64,000 nucleotides of DNA from Paramecium tetraurelia (lineage: Eukaryota): the NCBI GenBank assembly GCA_000165425.1, contig CT868141.1, forward strand, positions 1 to 64,000, given 5' to 3'. Below the pieces are notes generated by a model. That model ran no database searches, was not told the origin of the DNA, and saw nothing but the letters and a program-made list of their open reading frames with translations. Every line of letters begins with the position of its first letter. Position 1 is the first letter of the stretch. Position numbers and translations under genes: made by a program. This document shows, piece by piece, positions 39,913 through 53,280 of this stretch.

Positions 39913-41357
39913 TCAAAATTTAACATTTTTCACTACACCACTTGGCTTCCATAATTATTTTTATTCATATAATCGTTTATCACTTTGATTCTAGTTCTTA
40001 TATTATTATTGTGAAATTTATTGCATTTTGGGAAACATGGGTTTATGCTTATTATGTAACAATTTAGATTAAGTAATACGTCCAATCCTCTTTGGTTCCG
40101 AATTATTATTAACAATTGCTTACTCCGAAGACCCATATTCTCTTTAAGTCTAAGTAAATGAATTCATTTTAGTGCTTGTTTCAGTTGAATTCTTTCTCTA
40201 TTATTGAACATAATCAATTCTTGATTAGTCTCTACCTGTTTATCGACTTGCTGGATCCACTGAATAAGTATTATTTCGAAAATGAGTTTTTCTAAAATTT
40301 GTATTCTCAATCACTTCCAAGGCTTTTGTTCCATAAAATACTCCTCTAATCACTTCCTAATTTACTGATAGCATTCCTTCTCCATCTTGAATTCCCTATT
40401 TCCATTACCCCTTATAAAAAGTACCATCATGCCAATACATTGTACCAAATCCATCTCTTAAATCATTTTTAAATTGTCCTTCGTATTTATTGCCATCTGC
40501 CCAACTATATACACCATAACCCTATTTCAAGTCATTCTCGTATTCTCCATTATACGAATCTCCAAGTCCATTCCCTCTCTTCCAAACTCCCTTTCCATGT
40601 CTTAAACTATCTCTAAATTCTCCTTTATATACAGCTCCATTAGCCCAGTAGTATTCTCCCATACCAGAAGGTTTTCCTGCTAAATATTCTCCAATGTAAG
40701 TATCTCCATTGGCAAATTTCTCAGATCCTCGTCCATCCTTTAAACAATTCTTAAATTCTCCTTCGTATCGATCACCATTAATCCACAAATGCACTCCATA
40801 ACCATCAGGAACACCCATTTTCCATTCACCTATGTAAGAGTCGCCTTTAGAACCCTTCCAAATTCCAGAACCATGTTTTTTACTGTTATACCATTGCCCT
40901 TCATAAAATTCTCCGTTGCTCCAATAAAATCTTCCCATTCCAGAAGGTTTCCCATCGACATATTATCCTTCATAATAGGACCCATTAATAAACAATTCAA
41001 TTCCCCTTCCGCTCTTTTAATTCTACTACCAATCCCCTTCAAATATGTATTTCCCTTATTTATAATAAACTCCAACTCCTTATTTCAAACCATCCACTAT
41101 CAATCCGAAAAACAATTAGGTTTCATCAAATTAGACTGAAAATGAAGGATCATTTTGCAGCTCTTGATAATTCTCTAGGATTTATGGCTGTCTGAATAAA
41201 TAACAACATTTACCTTATAGTTTTATATAAATTGCGTAACTTAATCTCGATCCTTCGGATATGGACTATTATGAAAATGCTCTAGAACTTAAGCAGTGCA
41301 TAATTTATTGGAATGCACAAATTACACTCTTGTTGAAGAAAACTGATCTTATTTCAT
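39913..41357 (-). CDS. MORN-repeat protein
   Basis: Tandem YxGxWxxGxxxGxG repeats (YEGEFKNCLKDGRGSEKFANGDTYIGEY...). Confidence 0.92.
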
Positions 41358-41405
41358 TTAATATTTTTATTTAACTCATAGTTGTAAATGAATTTCAAGA
41401 AATCC

Positions 41406-42103
41406 TCAATCCACTATCAAATTAAGTTATGCCAAAGTTTCATCTCCTTATTTTAATGTGCCATTTAAATTGTCTTTGACTCTAATTGGACCTACTCCAT
41501 GAGGTGTACCAGTCAAAACCAAATCTCCTGGTCTCAAAGTCATAAATTATGAAATGTAGGCCAATAGATCTGGAATTTTGTAATACATAGAAGAAGTAGA
41601 ATCACTCTATACTACTTTTTGGTTGATCTTCAATTCCAATTGAAGGTTATTTGGATCTTTAACCTTCTCCTTAGTAATTAAATCTGAAATTGGGAAAAAA
41701 TTGTCTTAACCCTTAGCCAAATCCCAGGGAAATCCTTGTTTCTTAAAATGACCCTGCATGTCTCTATCAGTCAAATCCAAAGCCAAGAAATAGCCTCCTA
41801 TATATTCTTACCAATTCTCCTTTTGGATATTCTTTCCACTTTTAGCAACCATAAATCCGAGCTAGCAAATATCAATTGGAATACCTCAATTTCGTGATGA
41901 ATTTCATGATTATGTTTAGGCAATTACAGAATGCCATTTCCTTCAGGAAGGTATAACAAAGATGTAAATGGTTTTTAGAATATGACTGGCTCTTTTGGTG
42001 GTTCATCGCCACCCATTTCTTTTACATGTTTAACATAATTTTTTGCGATGGCCACTATTTTTGGATTGTTTGGATTGACAACCTATCTAAATAGAAGATT
42101 CAT
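41406..42103 (-). CDS. FAHD1: Fumarylacetoacetate hydrolase domain protein (acylpyruvase/oxaloacetate decarboxylase FAHD1-like)
   Basis: [49 protein letters not shown] and [18 protein letters not shown]. Confidence 0.93.
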
Positions 42104-42876
42104 AAATTTTTTCTATAATATAAATTATTAATAAATAATTATTCATAAGAACTAATTTGACAAGTTGAATCACAACTTTATCATCTGTCCATCTCTTTCC
42201 CACATTCTAATTAGAAAGGATAATAGAATTCTTGATCAAGTTTAAAATGGAGTTTGATATTTAATAGTTTTATTGAAATTCTTCATAAATAATGTAAAGA
42301 AACCCCTCTTATCAATATAATATTGTTAAATGGATTGTTCTTTTATTTAATTGGTGGCTTAGGAATCATATCCCTTGAAATTTGATGCTTATTTATCAAT
42401 TTGTAATGGAATCCAAAAACTAATCAAAAATATTTGTTTACTAAAATGAATGTTCCAATTAAATCAATATTCATTTATGTAGCTGTGATATTGTTAGTTA
42501 ATCCAGCTAGTGATGAGTAATAAATAAATCTATTTATAATTCTAATAGATTGTGGAATTTAAGACTATTCTGATATTCCAACTATTTCAGAATTGCAATA
42601 CCTCAAAGACCTCGATTGAGCATTTCTATCAAAATTGGTTTTTATATATTTTATTTGCACAGCATCTTCCCCTTTCTTTCAATTGAGAAATCGGAGCTTA
42701 AGTAAATTATAGCAGCAATTTTGGCTTCTATTTTAATCATTAAGAAATGATGCCTCTATATTTTGTTTGTTGTGTTGCGCTTAGTTTTTAATAGTTTAGT
42801 TATATTAGAAAGTGTGTTATATAAAAGGATAATGGTTTTCTTTAGCTGATTTAAAAATCATTAATATTAACAGTAA

Positions 42877-43232
42877 ATGGAGAGCAATGAACATTCTTTG
42901 ACTTTTGTATACATTTTGATTATATCATCATTGTGTTTTATAATTGTGATGTATTGGAAAAGGAGGAAGCCAGCGACAGGTGAATCAATGGAGGTATTGA
43001 TATGATTCGGTTACACTTAAAGGGTAGAATATGGAAGAAGATAGTATTTGCTTATTAGGATATGTTACAAACTTTCGATCCGGCTGACAAAGAGTTACTC
43101 AAGCACACATACCATAACACTATCTTCAACAGTAAGGGTGTTAAAGTCTCAAATTATACGCGCAAGACAAGCCAGAAGAAAGCCTCCAATGTGCAGTTCA
43201 ATTTGAACAAAAACGAAACTCTATATTATTGA
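42877..43232 (+). CDS. Small single-TM hypothetical protein (possible 1-nt frameshift near the 5' end)
   Basis: IIIVFIIVMYWKRRKP ... KASNVQFNLNKNETLYY* with a 29-nt intron. The ATG at 42877 is out of frame by one base. Confidence 0.45.
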
Positions 43233-43242
43233 TTAAAATAAT

Positions 43243-43554
43243 ATGTAAAGTAACGAATAGATGATGCTCCCACTTCTTACAAGGGACATGAATCGAACTT
43301 TTCTTTTCACTAAAAAGGCCTCGCCCTATTGCCAACGCTTAAAGGAAGTAGGACGTAGACATTCCGTGCTGTATTCTACAGATGAACGATTCACTTAAAA
43401 CATAATGCTTTGCTAAGGGGCGACATTGAAAATGGATTCCAAGTCAAGAACTGCAAAACCCAAACAAAGGAATTACAAAAAGATCAACAGAACTACTAAT
43501 TTTGAAAGAGCGATCAATGTAGATATTTCCCCTTGGGAGAATTTTTCACCTTGA
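43243..43554 (+). CDS. Small basic hypothetical protein (103 aa)
   Basis: Open code-6 frame MQSNEQMMLPLLTRD...INVDISPWENFSP*. Confidence 0.6.
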
Positions 43555-43610
43555 AAATATTATGCTTTATTACTAAATATTATTGATAAATATATTACAT
43601 AATAAAAATT

Positions 43611-44798
43611 ATGCGAAAAAATACCAGATTATCCACGGATTCAGATAGGAAAAGAATCATCTCGAATCTCTCAATAAAATCGATAAATTCTACTACCATC
43701 AATACAACTACTGACGCTACTCTCCCTCGTTTAGAATCTAATTATTATATCAAAGGTAGAGTGAAAAGAAGCACTCATCAAATACGATTTCAACGTTCGC
43801 CTATGAAAATGTCATAGCCAAATAATATGCTTGAAATTCAATCTATTAAATAATCTACTAAAATCTTACTAACCTCTGTTGTCTCCGAACTAGATAAATT
43901 AGCCATTGCATTAAAGCATAATTCTACCAAAGCTCAGGATGTACTGAATCTCACTATTGATTTAATGAATATGTTGGGCTCTGATTATGATCGATTGGAA
44001 ATCTATTTAATTGTTCTCTAAAATAAGTGCAAATCCTAATGTGTAACTTTGGGATTATTATTTACATTTCTCATAGCAATTATTCAAGAAAGTTATGGAC
44101 ACACTAAAGGAGCTTTGTAATAATACAAATATATGAATGATACAGCAAACAAACATTAGCTATTTTAATGTAAAATGATGGTGTATTATAGAATTGGATT
44201 GCTCTTAAATAGATCAAAATAATTTGAAAAGTTATTAATAATTGGTAAAAAATTATTAAAGTTAAGTTGGTATTATTCAGAGCAAGAGTATGAAGAGAAA
44301 GCCTACTATCTGATATCAAAGGGATATAATGGCATTTAAGATATGGAAATGTCTGTTATATTTATGAATAGATACCTTGATGGAACATTGTAATAGAATG
44401 ATCATATCAAAAACATAGGGATCTAATAAATTGTTATGTATCATAGAAGAACTTAGGAATCAAGACATAAGAGTCCTTCATCAGATGATTTCAATTTGGA
44501 AATGTTCAGATAAAAGATTGAAAGGAATTATATCAAAATGAAAATGATCGGAGGAAAGTTAACATTTAAATTATAGTCATCTGAATGTGATATATGTGCT
44601 CAATATGGCAAGAATTGTGAAAGAATCTAAACTGAGGATGAACATCCATATAAAAAGAATTTGGTGTTACACACTGATAGTAGAAATAGGGATTTGATTG
44701 GATACTTCGATTCAGAGCAAATCTAATAGATGTATGTACCATAAAAAACGTTACCGATTCTAAAATAATTAATATTAAAATTCATTTCTTATATATGA
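43611..44798 (+). CDS. Hypothetical protein (3' end uncertain)
   Basis: MRKNTRLSTDSDRKRII... continues through TAG in code 6 and has a CDICAQYGKNC motif near 44590. Introns are inferred. Confidence 0.55.
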
Positions 44799-45716
44799 AA
44801 CAAACGAATTAATTAAATGATAGTATGTATTAAGCTTACTTTCTTGGACATATGAATGCATTAAAAGCGATTAAGGGAAGGAAGAATCAAAATATATAAG
44901 AATCAAAAGTTCTAGTCAAATTATGTAATGATTTTAACTTATTGAAGCATTATCAATGAAACTGTATAAATAAAGAGTCAATCACTTTGAGCAGTTACAA
45001 TATAAATAATAACTGGCAATTTCAAACTAAAAAATAAAGCAAACAATTGAGAGAATTCATTAGAGCAGCCCTTCAATTGATAAGACGAGTGTTTCTTTGC
45101 CGAGATTAAAGAAAAGAAATCAAGAAGAAGAAGATATCAAAAAAGAGAATGCCAGAATTAAATTAAAACTCGAAACTTTGAAGGGAAACATCAGTAATAG
45201 ATAGTCCAAATATGAGAAACCAAAGCGATATGAAGAAGTGTTATAAGAATATTTTAAATAAAAATTATAACAATAATGAACATTGTATGTGAGGACTCTT
45301 TCATTATCCAACATTAAGAAGAAATCTATTCACTAATAACTACTTGAGAGATTGCCTAGGTATCTTTATATAAATGAAGTCTTGAAAATTAATAGATGAA
45401 AATAATCTACTAGCTGTATTTTGTGAATCATTGTAAATAGAAGAAACTAATTTTAAACTCATATGCTCTAAAACAATTTCTGTAGAATATATTGTAATAT
45501 ATTTGTGCAATTTAGTAGAAATCAGAGACATATGAATATATCTATATTTATTTTTAAATAGCTTTTGAAACAACTTCCTATTTAATCTTACAACTACATC
45601 AATGAATTAATAAGTCATGCAATAGAATATGTTAGCCAATATGTAAGAGAAATATTATACCTTGCGATTATTGATTATGCTTAATTATATTTAAATTTTA
45701 AATTTGGTGCCATTAA

Positions 45717-47373
45717 ATGAGTATTGATCTATCCTTTAAGAACCTCGAAATATTAGATTAGTCCTTAAATCTAAATAATTACGTAATTACTTATCCTATT
45801 CGCTTAAAGACAATTATAAATTTATAAGGCAATAATTTCAAGGGCGAGCAATCCTACATCCAATAACTCAAGGTTTAGCATCTCAACTTGTCATTCAATA
45901 ACATTGAACAAATGTGGTTATTACCTTCGTCTCTAATAACATTGGAAATCAACAATAATTTGCTCTAAAATTTATCAAGTATTGAAATCATAGCATAATT
46001 ATTAGATATCTCTCATCTCAAAAATTTGAAGTTGATTGATTTATCTAACAATTTATTATAGAGTGTTCATTGGTTTAGTAATTTGACCCAATTAACTCAT
46101 CTATTTCTGAAGAATAACAAAGTAAGATATATAAGGATATTGTAGATTAAAACAATTGAATAACTTAGGAACTTGCCCTAGTTAATTGAGGTGGATTTGG
46201 AGTGCAATGACTTGAAAAATGTAGCTGAAGTACATTATTTAGAAACTTAATCCAAAATCAATATCATAAATTTGTTTGGAAATCCAGTGTTCGAAGGATT
46301 ACAATTAAAAATATTAAATGTTGTTGAGAGTATATAGAATTATTATAATTAGAAAATTGCCATTGTAGATCAGAACAAATATATACCCAATCAGAAATAT
46401 ACAAAAAGAGAAATTAATAGATTGATGACATTGATTTGTTTGATGAATAGGCCAGTGAAAAGTAATCTGACCTTTAACCTTAAACAATGACATAAAAAAA
46501 ATATACTAAGTCTCTCTCTCCTTTGAATAAGCAATTACCATAATTTTATGATCCCAAATCTAGCAAATACGTTACTTTCCATGATGTCTTAAGATAAAAG
46601 TAACGCAACATCACTAATACAAACTATGATGTAAAATAATAAAATGTGACTACTACAAATACTAATATGACCATTAATAACAGGTAAACTATGGATTAAC
46701 TAAAGTAACAAAATGAAAACTTAAAGAAAGATTATATGAAATTAAAATAAAAGTTTGAATAATCTTAGAAATAAAACTAAAGCTTTTTTCAAGAAATCGA
46801 GAGTTACAAAGAATCGTTGAATGGATTATTATTATAATTCAATATTCCTATTTAAGAAGATGAAGCTTCAGTCAGATCTTTGTTAGATTAATTGGAAATT
46901 GCATTGATGACTTTCATCAAAGAGACTAGAAAACAAAGTATAGAATAAATCAATAGCATGATGATGCGAATGGGAAATAAAGTCAAGGTGATGAGCAGTC
47001 AAATTGAAATTACGACCTTAAAAAAATGTTGTGAATATACTGAAAAGATTAAGAATATAGAATTGGCATTGTCTAAACTTGCAGATGTGGTTGTAGAATA
47101 GTAATACTTATAATAATAATTATTAGAAAACAATAAATAATAAAACTTCAAAGGCAAAGAGTTCATTCACCTTTACAAAGGCAATGCTTGACTTCCAGAT
47201 TGCACGGTAAAAATCCTAGCGAACTAGATTAAATTAAGTTAAAAACGTTATTTTTTAAGTCTCCAAATGTTTAATAATTAGACAAACCTCTCAAAACTTA
47301 AGGATCTTAAATTACTAGTCTATCATAATAAATGTTTGAAACTTAATAGAAATCAAAAAATCTTAAAAAATGA
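45717..47373 (+). CDS. Leucine-rich repeat protein with coiled-coil C-terminus
   Basis: LRR motifs HLNLSFNNIE, LKLIDLSNNLL, LTHLFLKNNK and NLFGNPV. The exon structure of the 3' half is not fully resolved. Confidence 0.65.
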
Positions 47374-47948
47374 TAAGTTTAATAGTAATTAAATATCATT
47401 AAATTTGATTAATACAATAAAAAAAATACTACTTCTATATCTCATCCTCATTCTTTATTAGTTTAACTCTCTATATTAGGGAATAACTTTTGATTAATAT
47501 ATTTTTAATATTTAGATCCTCAGGTTCCAGATTTATCATTCTGCCAATATTACTTTTAGTTATAATTCCAACAAGAGGAGAGATAATATACTAACAACTA
47601 GAATATTAAAGATAATAATATTTTTAGAAATCAATTCAATTAAAATTAACCTAAATTTTATATTTAATAACATCGAATCTTTTCTATACATATTTTATTA
47701 ATTGATTCTTCAAATCCATCATTGATAATAATTATTTTTGTATAAACTGTCCATTTACATTTAAGCAGAAATAATTTCGTATATTTTGAAATGTTACTCT
47801 TAATGAATGTAACTTTTAGGTTGACTTATTCTTTAATTTACTCTTGGTTGACTCTGATCAGTAATGAATGAATGATTGTTGGGATTTTACGGGTCAAAGT
47901 TATTAAAAATTAAGAAAGTGTGATTATATCGTTAATTAATTTAAAATT

Positions 47949-48907
47949 ATGTCTCTCAACGATTGGAAAAATGAAAAAGCAATGCTCGAATAAAGAAATC
48001 AATTTCTATACATGCAAATTCAAGAGATAAAAGAAAGAGAGGAGCATCAGAAGAAGTTTAATGATACGATTATGCAGGCTTGGAATTAAGGGGAAGGAAG
48101 AACCAATGTAATTAGTTAAGATTAATTATATTGTAGTGTAAAGTGTACAAGGAAATCTAGAGCACTTTAGAAGAGTACTCAAGAGAACTTATTGAAGCAA
48201 AGAAGAAGAGTTCAATTGCTATGATGAAATTAGAAAATGAAAATACCGAACTCAAATATTAAATACAATAATTGGAATCCATTTATCAGTAGAAAAACCA
48301 ATTGCACTAAGAGAAGGTTTAGGAATTGAAAAAAAAGATTGAATGCCAAACTAATAAAGAAAATGTTGGAGATAATTAATTTGGGTGTATCGTAAGTGTG
48401 AAGAGTAGAACTTGTAGCCAAAATACAAGCAGGGAAATAACTAAATAACGATCCAAATATTAGAATAAGCCAGAGATATTGAATTGTCGCAACTCAAATG
48501 TCATGGAAATTAACACTGATTTCCTCAAAGAATATAGCACTTAAATAGAAAGTGTTTCACCTTAGGAAAGACAGAATTTAGCAATCTAATTGAAATAATT
48601 GACTAAAGAATTAAAAACTACTAAAGTACAATTTGTAGATATATATATCTAGAATGAAATCGAAAATACCAACTTATAAACAGCAAATGAACTGAAAACT
48701 GAGATCAAATCTATGCTTAACAAATTACTCAAGGCTAAAGGTAAGATGACTGAGAGCATAGTGGGAAGTGGGAAGGATTCTGTGCTCATGTTAAGAGGAA
48801 GTCAATATAAACCAACATTAGCTGATTTCGCAAAACAATTAAATGCTGTTAGATCTATCGAAACTTTTAATATTTTGAATCCAGGAAAAGCTACAAACAA
48901 TTATTGA
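47949..48907 (+). CDS. Coiled-coil hypothetical protein
   Basis: MSLNDWKNEKAMLEQRNQFL ... EIKSMLNKLLKAKGK...GKATNNY*, with tiny introns. Confidence 0.7.
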
Positions 48908-48967
48908 TTAGTTAATTATATATTAAAAAACACCAAAAAAAGGTAAAAAATATAGATATCATCTGCA

Positions 48968-49998
48968 TCATTATTTTTATCGCTTAAATGATAGTTTAGT
49001 GATTTACTTAAATTAATTGGTGAATCCTTGATAATTCACTTTAAGGCACTATTACTGGTTTGAGTTTCTTATCCTACAATAATTGATTTGCTTATAACCT
49101 TTTAGTTCATCACACTTGAAAATTGGAAATGCTACACTAAAGCTTAGCGTCCCTAAATTCTGGCATATCGTAATTCACATATCTATTGCTAATATTAGTT
49201 AAGTTTACTTTCTCGCTGTTAAAATGAGGCCATCCATTATCGTGGAAATCTTTATAAAATTAAATTATGTAATATGGATGTACAAAGTTGATGAATGCAT
49301 ACCCCATATTGCACTTATTCTAAGGGATAGCAATCTTATTGAAATACCTTAAAGTCTATTGGGAGATAGAGGAAGTCATAATAATTGTCGTGTCTATGAT
49401 CAATTAAATCTTAAAGCATTTGCACTGTATATTTATTAGGAATGTTTTTTATCATTATCGTTGTTCTCTCATCTGTTTAATTCATAACTCGGTCAATCTT
49501 TACCACAAAGTAATGTGATTCCTCTTCCGATATGGTTTTCCTCTTCCTTCGTTCAGTTTCCGAACCACTCGTAAACAAAGATTAGCTGGATGATCCCAAT
49601 TACAAACAAGGCTCATTTGAGATCTCGGTGGATAGATTCGAACCCACTTTTTAGTCAAACGATTTATTATTAAAAACTTCAGAAATTTACTCCATCATCT
49701 GGTCTTATGACAAACTATCCTATTTTGCATATAATATAACTTTAGGTTCTATTGATATTTCATGCTTATTGGCTTTACCTGTGAACATCTATATGGCCCT
49801 ATCAATTTTATCGCTATTCGAGTTGCTCTCTTAGCTTTACTTACTTTCGTTAGATTGGTTCATGGTTGCTTTGTCAATGTCATCGAATAATTCTTGTGAA
49901 CTATGATCTTTTTATTTTGTCAAGATTTCATTCAAATCTCTATGATTCCTGATACATTATAGAATCTGTTCCTAATTTAAACGAGACTGCTTATCCAT
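48968..49998 (-). CDS. Mei2-like RNA-binding protein (C-terminal RRM3/RRM_2 domain)
   Basis: DERTTIMIKNIPNKYTVQML...YDFLYLPIDFK|NKCNMGYAFINF...WPHFNSEK|ICELRYARIQG is the Mei2 RRM3 signature. Confidence 0.92.
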
Positions 49999-50459
49999 TT
50001 ATTATAATTATTTTTATTTTCTTGTAATATTTTAAGACACATAGAAGTTTTATAATAAAATCCCCATGTAAAATATTTAACATCACTGTAAATCTCAGGA
50101 GCAACTAAACATTTTAATAATCTTCCAAGCTCTTTCACAGTTCCATCAAATCACTCTACTTTATAAACTGAGGGATAGATACAAAATAATCAGCCTTTAT
50201 TAAAATTTTACTTAATATTTGAATTCCCATTTGTAGTATAAATTAAGCAAATAATTCAAATAAAACTTTAGACAATTAGAAACTCACGTAAAACCCCAAT
50301 CCTCACAACTTTAAATCCAAATTCAAATATCACATATATATATATAAACTAATACTACTTCACTAATTTTAGTTGCCATAAAAGTTCACTTATGAAAGAA
50401 TTATCATGAAATTTTGATTATATCTTTTTATATTATTATCTGTGAAAATATATAAACAG

Positions 50460-51110
50460 ATGATTAATATTATTACCTTTTCAAAATAGTTAGAGTTCAC
50501 AAACATTGAAGAAGTATCGGAGAGCGTACCTCGATTTTTCATTGCAACTCTAGGAATTAATAACACTCAAATGATTGAGAAGAAAAATCAGACTAATCAA
50601 AAAGTGAATTAGATTCTCAGACAACCCAAAGATATCAAAGTCTTCTTGATTCAGAATACAGAATTGAATCAATATACTTTATTCACCATCCTTAAAGTAG
50701 AAAACTTCTATTTAGATTTGATAAATTTCATAACAAATTTAATTATGAGTATAACTGATGGATTCATCTTCGCAATTACTTAATCTGGAATAGAAAGTCT
50801 TGAGAAGCTCAAGAGAAAGATATGCATTAAGAATCATAATTATTCTTTATCATAATTAATATCTGACGAGTTCTCAGATAAAATATCTGAATAAGATTGT
50901 GAAACTCTACTCTTATTAGAACAATAAATAGATTCTAGCGAGTAATTAGATTTCAAAACTTTTATTTCAAGTAGTTTGAAAACTTTTAAGATGTTGATAG
51001 TAATTATCAGCGAAAGCTGTTAATCTTTGAAAGATCTAAGTTTAGAGACAGCGCATGCATAATTCCCAAGTGAATTAGTTCAGTTTTTATAAAAACTAAA
51101 GAATTTATGA
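50460..51110 (+). CDS. Hypothetical protein (216 aa)
   Basis: Uninterrupted code-6 frame MINIITFSKQLEF...FLQKLKNL*, 651 nt. Confidence 0.6.
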
Positions 51111-51353
51111 GCTTAAATTTTATGTCATTTCTCTCATTTATACTTACTAAGGTGAGTATTAATTCATTTTCTAGTGTAACTAAATTGAATGGAAAAAATA
51201 ATGTATTATTTTTAAATTTTATTCTATTTTGAAAAAATTATATTTTAAAGTATTCAATTATTCAAGAAATAATACTTATCATTAAAATTACAATTTTTGA
51301 TATTTACTATTGAAATAAAATGGATTTATTATTAATATTAATATTTAACAGAC

Positions 51354-53225
51354 ATGAGTGGTTATAAACAGTATGATGACGTCGAACCATATAGACAAAG
51401 AATTCGAGATCTGGAAGCTTAATTACAGAGAATGGATGTTAGATTTAGCAACGTTTTGACACACAGTGGAAAGGCAGATACATAATTTAATAACGATTTG
51501 CATGTAGAATTAGAGAAAACGACAAAATAAATGATATAGAAGAGAAGTGAAGCTGAGTTATGGAAACAGAAATATGAACAATAACTTTCTTAGACTATGT
51601 AGATGAGGAACAATTACGAATTGGAATTGTAACAATTATCAAAGGAAGTTCAAAGATTATTGGATAAGATAGATCAATTTGAATATGAGAAACGATTGAA
51701 TGATAAGTAATTAGTTAGAGAAACATTACAAGACAAGGATTTAGAGATTGATGATTTGGTGAGTAAATTGTAGAGGATGAGATCGGAACATGAAAATGAA
51801 TCATAAAGACTTCTTAATGAGAATGACAATCTGAGACATAAGATAAATCAAATTGAGTTGGAAAGATAGAAGTATCAAATTATTATTATATTTAATAGAG
51901 AGTTAGAATAAATGAGATTTAAGATAGAGACATTCCATTCTTAGAATTTGGACAACCTAAGAAAGACTCATCAAAGTTAGATTTCAGTTGTGGAATCAGA
52001 GATCGACAAATTAAGAGGATTATTGGAAATTAAAAATAATGAAATTGAAACATTGCTGTAATAAAATATGAAATTAAAGGCTTCTTATGAAAATTAGATC
52101 ATTGAATTAAACGCTTAATTTGATGGTTAGAAATCTAAATATTAAAAACAAGAGATCATGCATCGAGATCAATTAGCTCAATTATAACAGTAGTTGTTGG
52201 ATGAATAAAAATTTAGTTTGTAATCTCTTAGTAAGAATTACGAGCAAAGCATTTTTACTTTGGAAAAAGAGATTGCTACTTATCAGAAGAAAAATGAAAA
52301 TTATTCAAAGGAAATCTAAGATTTGATCACTGAAAAGACATAATTAAGAGATAATTATGAGAGATAATTTGAATTACTAAAAAAGGATAATGAGATTTTG
52401 AAATAGAGATTGGCATAACTTGAATAAGCAAAATTGAAGGATCTACAATAAGTTGAGTCAGAACTATTGTAGACTAAACAATCATCAATAGAAATTGAAA
52501 ATGTTTATAAGAAACAAGTAGTGAAGTTGGAGAATGAATTGTAATTATAATCAGAAAAAGAGATCGTAAAGAATAAGGAAGTGGAAACTCAAATCTAATA
52601 GTTTATTTTAATAAAGTAGGCATTGGAGGAAGATCTATAACATTTGAGACAATAAAACTAAACTTTAAATGAATAAATTAAAGAATTAGAAAAGATAGCT
52701 TCATTTGAATAGGAAGAATGGAAGGTCAAATTGCAATAAAATGAATACATTTTGAAAGACAAAATTCGAGGATTAGAAAACAAGATTGAGATTATGCATT
52801 AGGAGTTGAGAAAACAAAAGGAATTAACTGATTCCCAGATCAAATAGATACCAGAAAGAGAATTCAAGGCTTTGATTGATGAAATTGAATAATTGAAGAC
52901 GAGATTGGTTTTATAGGAAAGAGATAAACTGAAAGAAAGAGAAGACTTGAGAGGCAAACTTGAACAGTCACATCATTATCAAATAGAGAATTTGAAGGCA
53001 GCCTTTAACACTTAGATCAGAATTCTTGAATAGGAAAACAAGGATTCCAAAAATATCATTACACAAAAGGAGAATACAATTTAAGAACTATTACACAAAT
53101 ATTAAAATCTAGAATCTGCATATAGTGGATAAACAATTGGACCTTAAGAATAGGCATCCAAAAATATATATTAAGCATATATTCGCTCATCAAATCGACA
53201 GTCCTCATTACGTAAATAATAATGA
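51354..53225 (+). CDS. Long coiled-coil protein (about 614 aa)
   Basis: MSGYKQYDDVEPYRQRIRDLEAQLQRM..., E/Q/K/L heptads throughout, and one 27-nt intron near 51872. Confidence 0.8.
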
Positions 53226-53280
53226 ATTATACTATCTTATATAAATTACATAAATAATAATTATTATCAATTGTAGTCAA

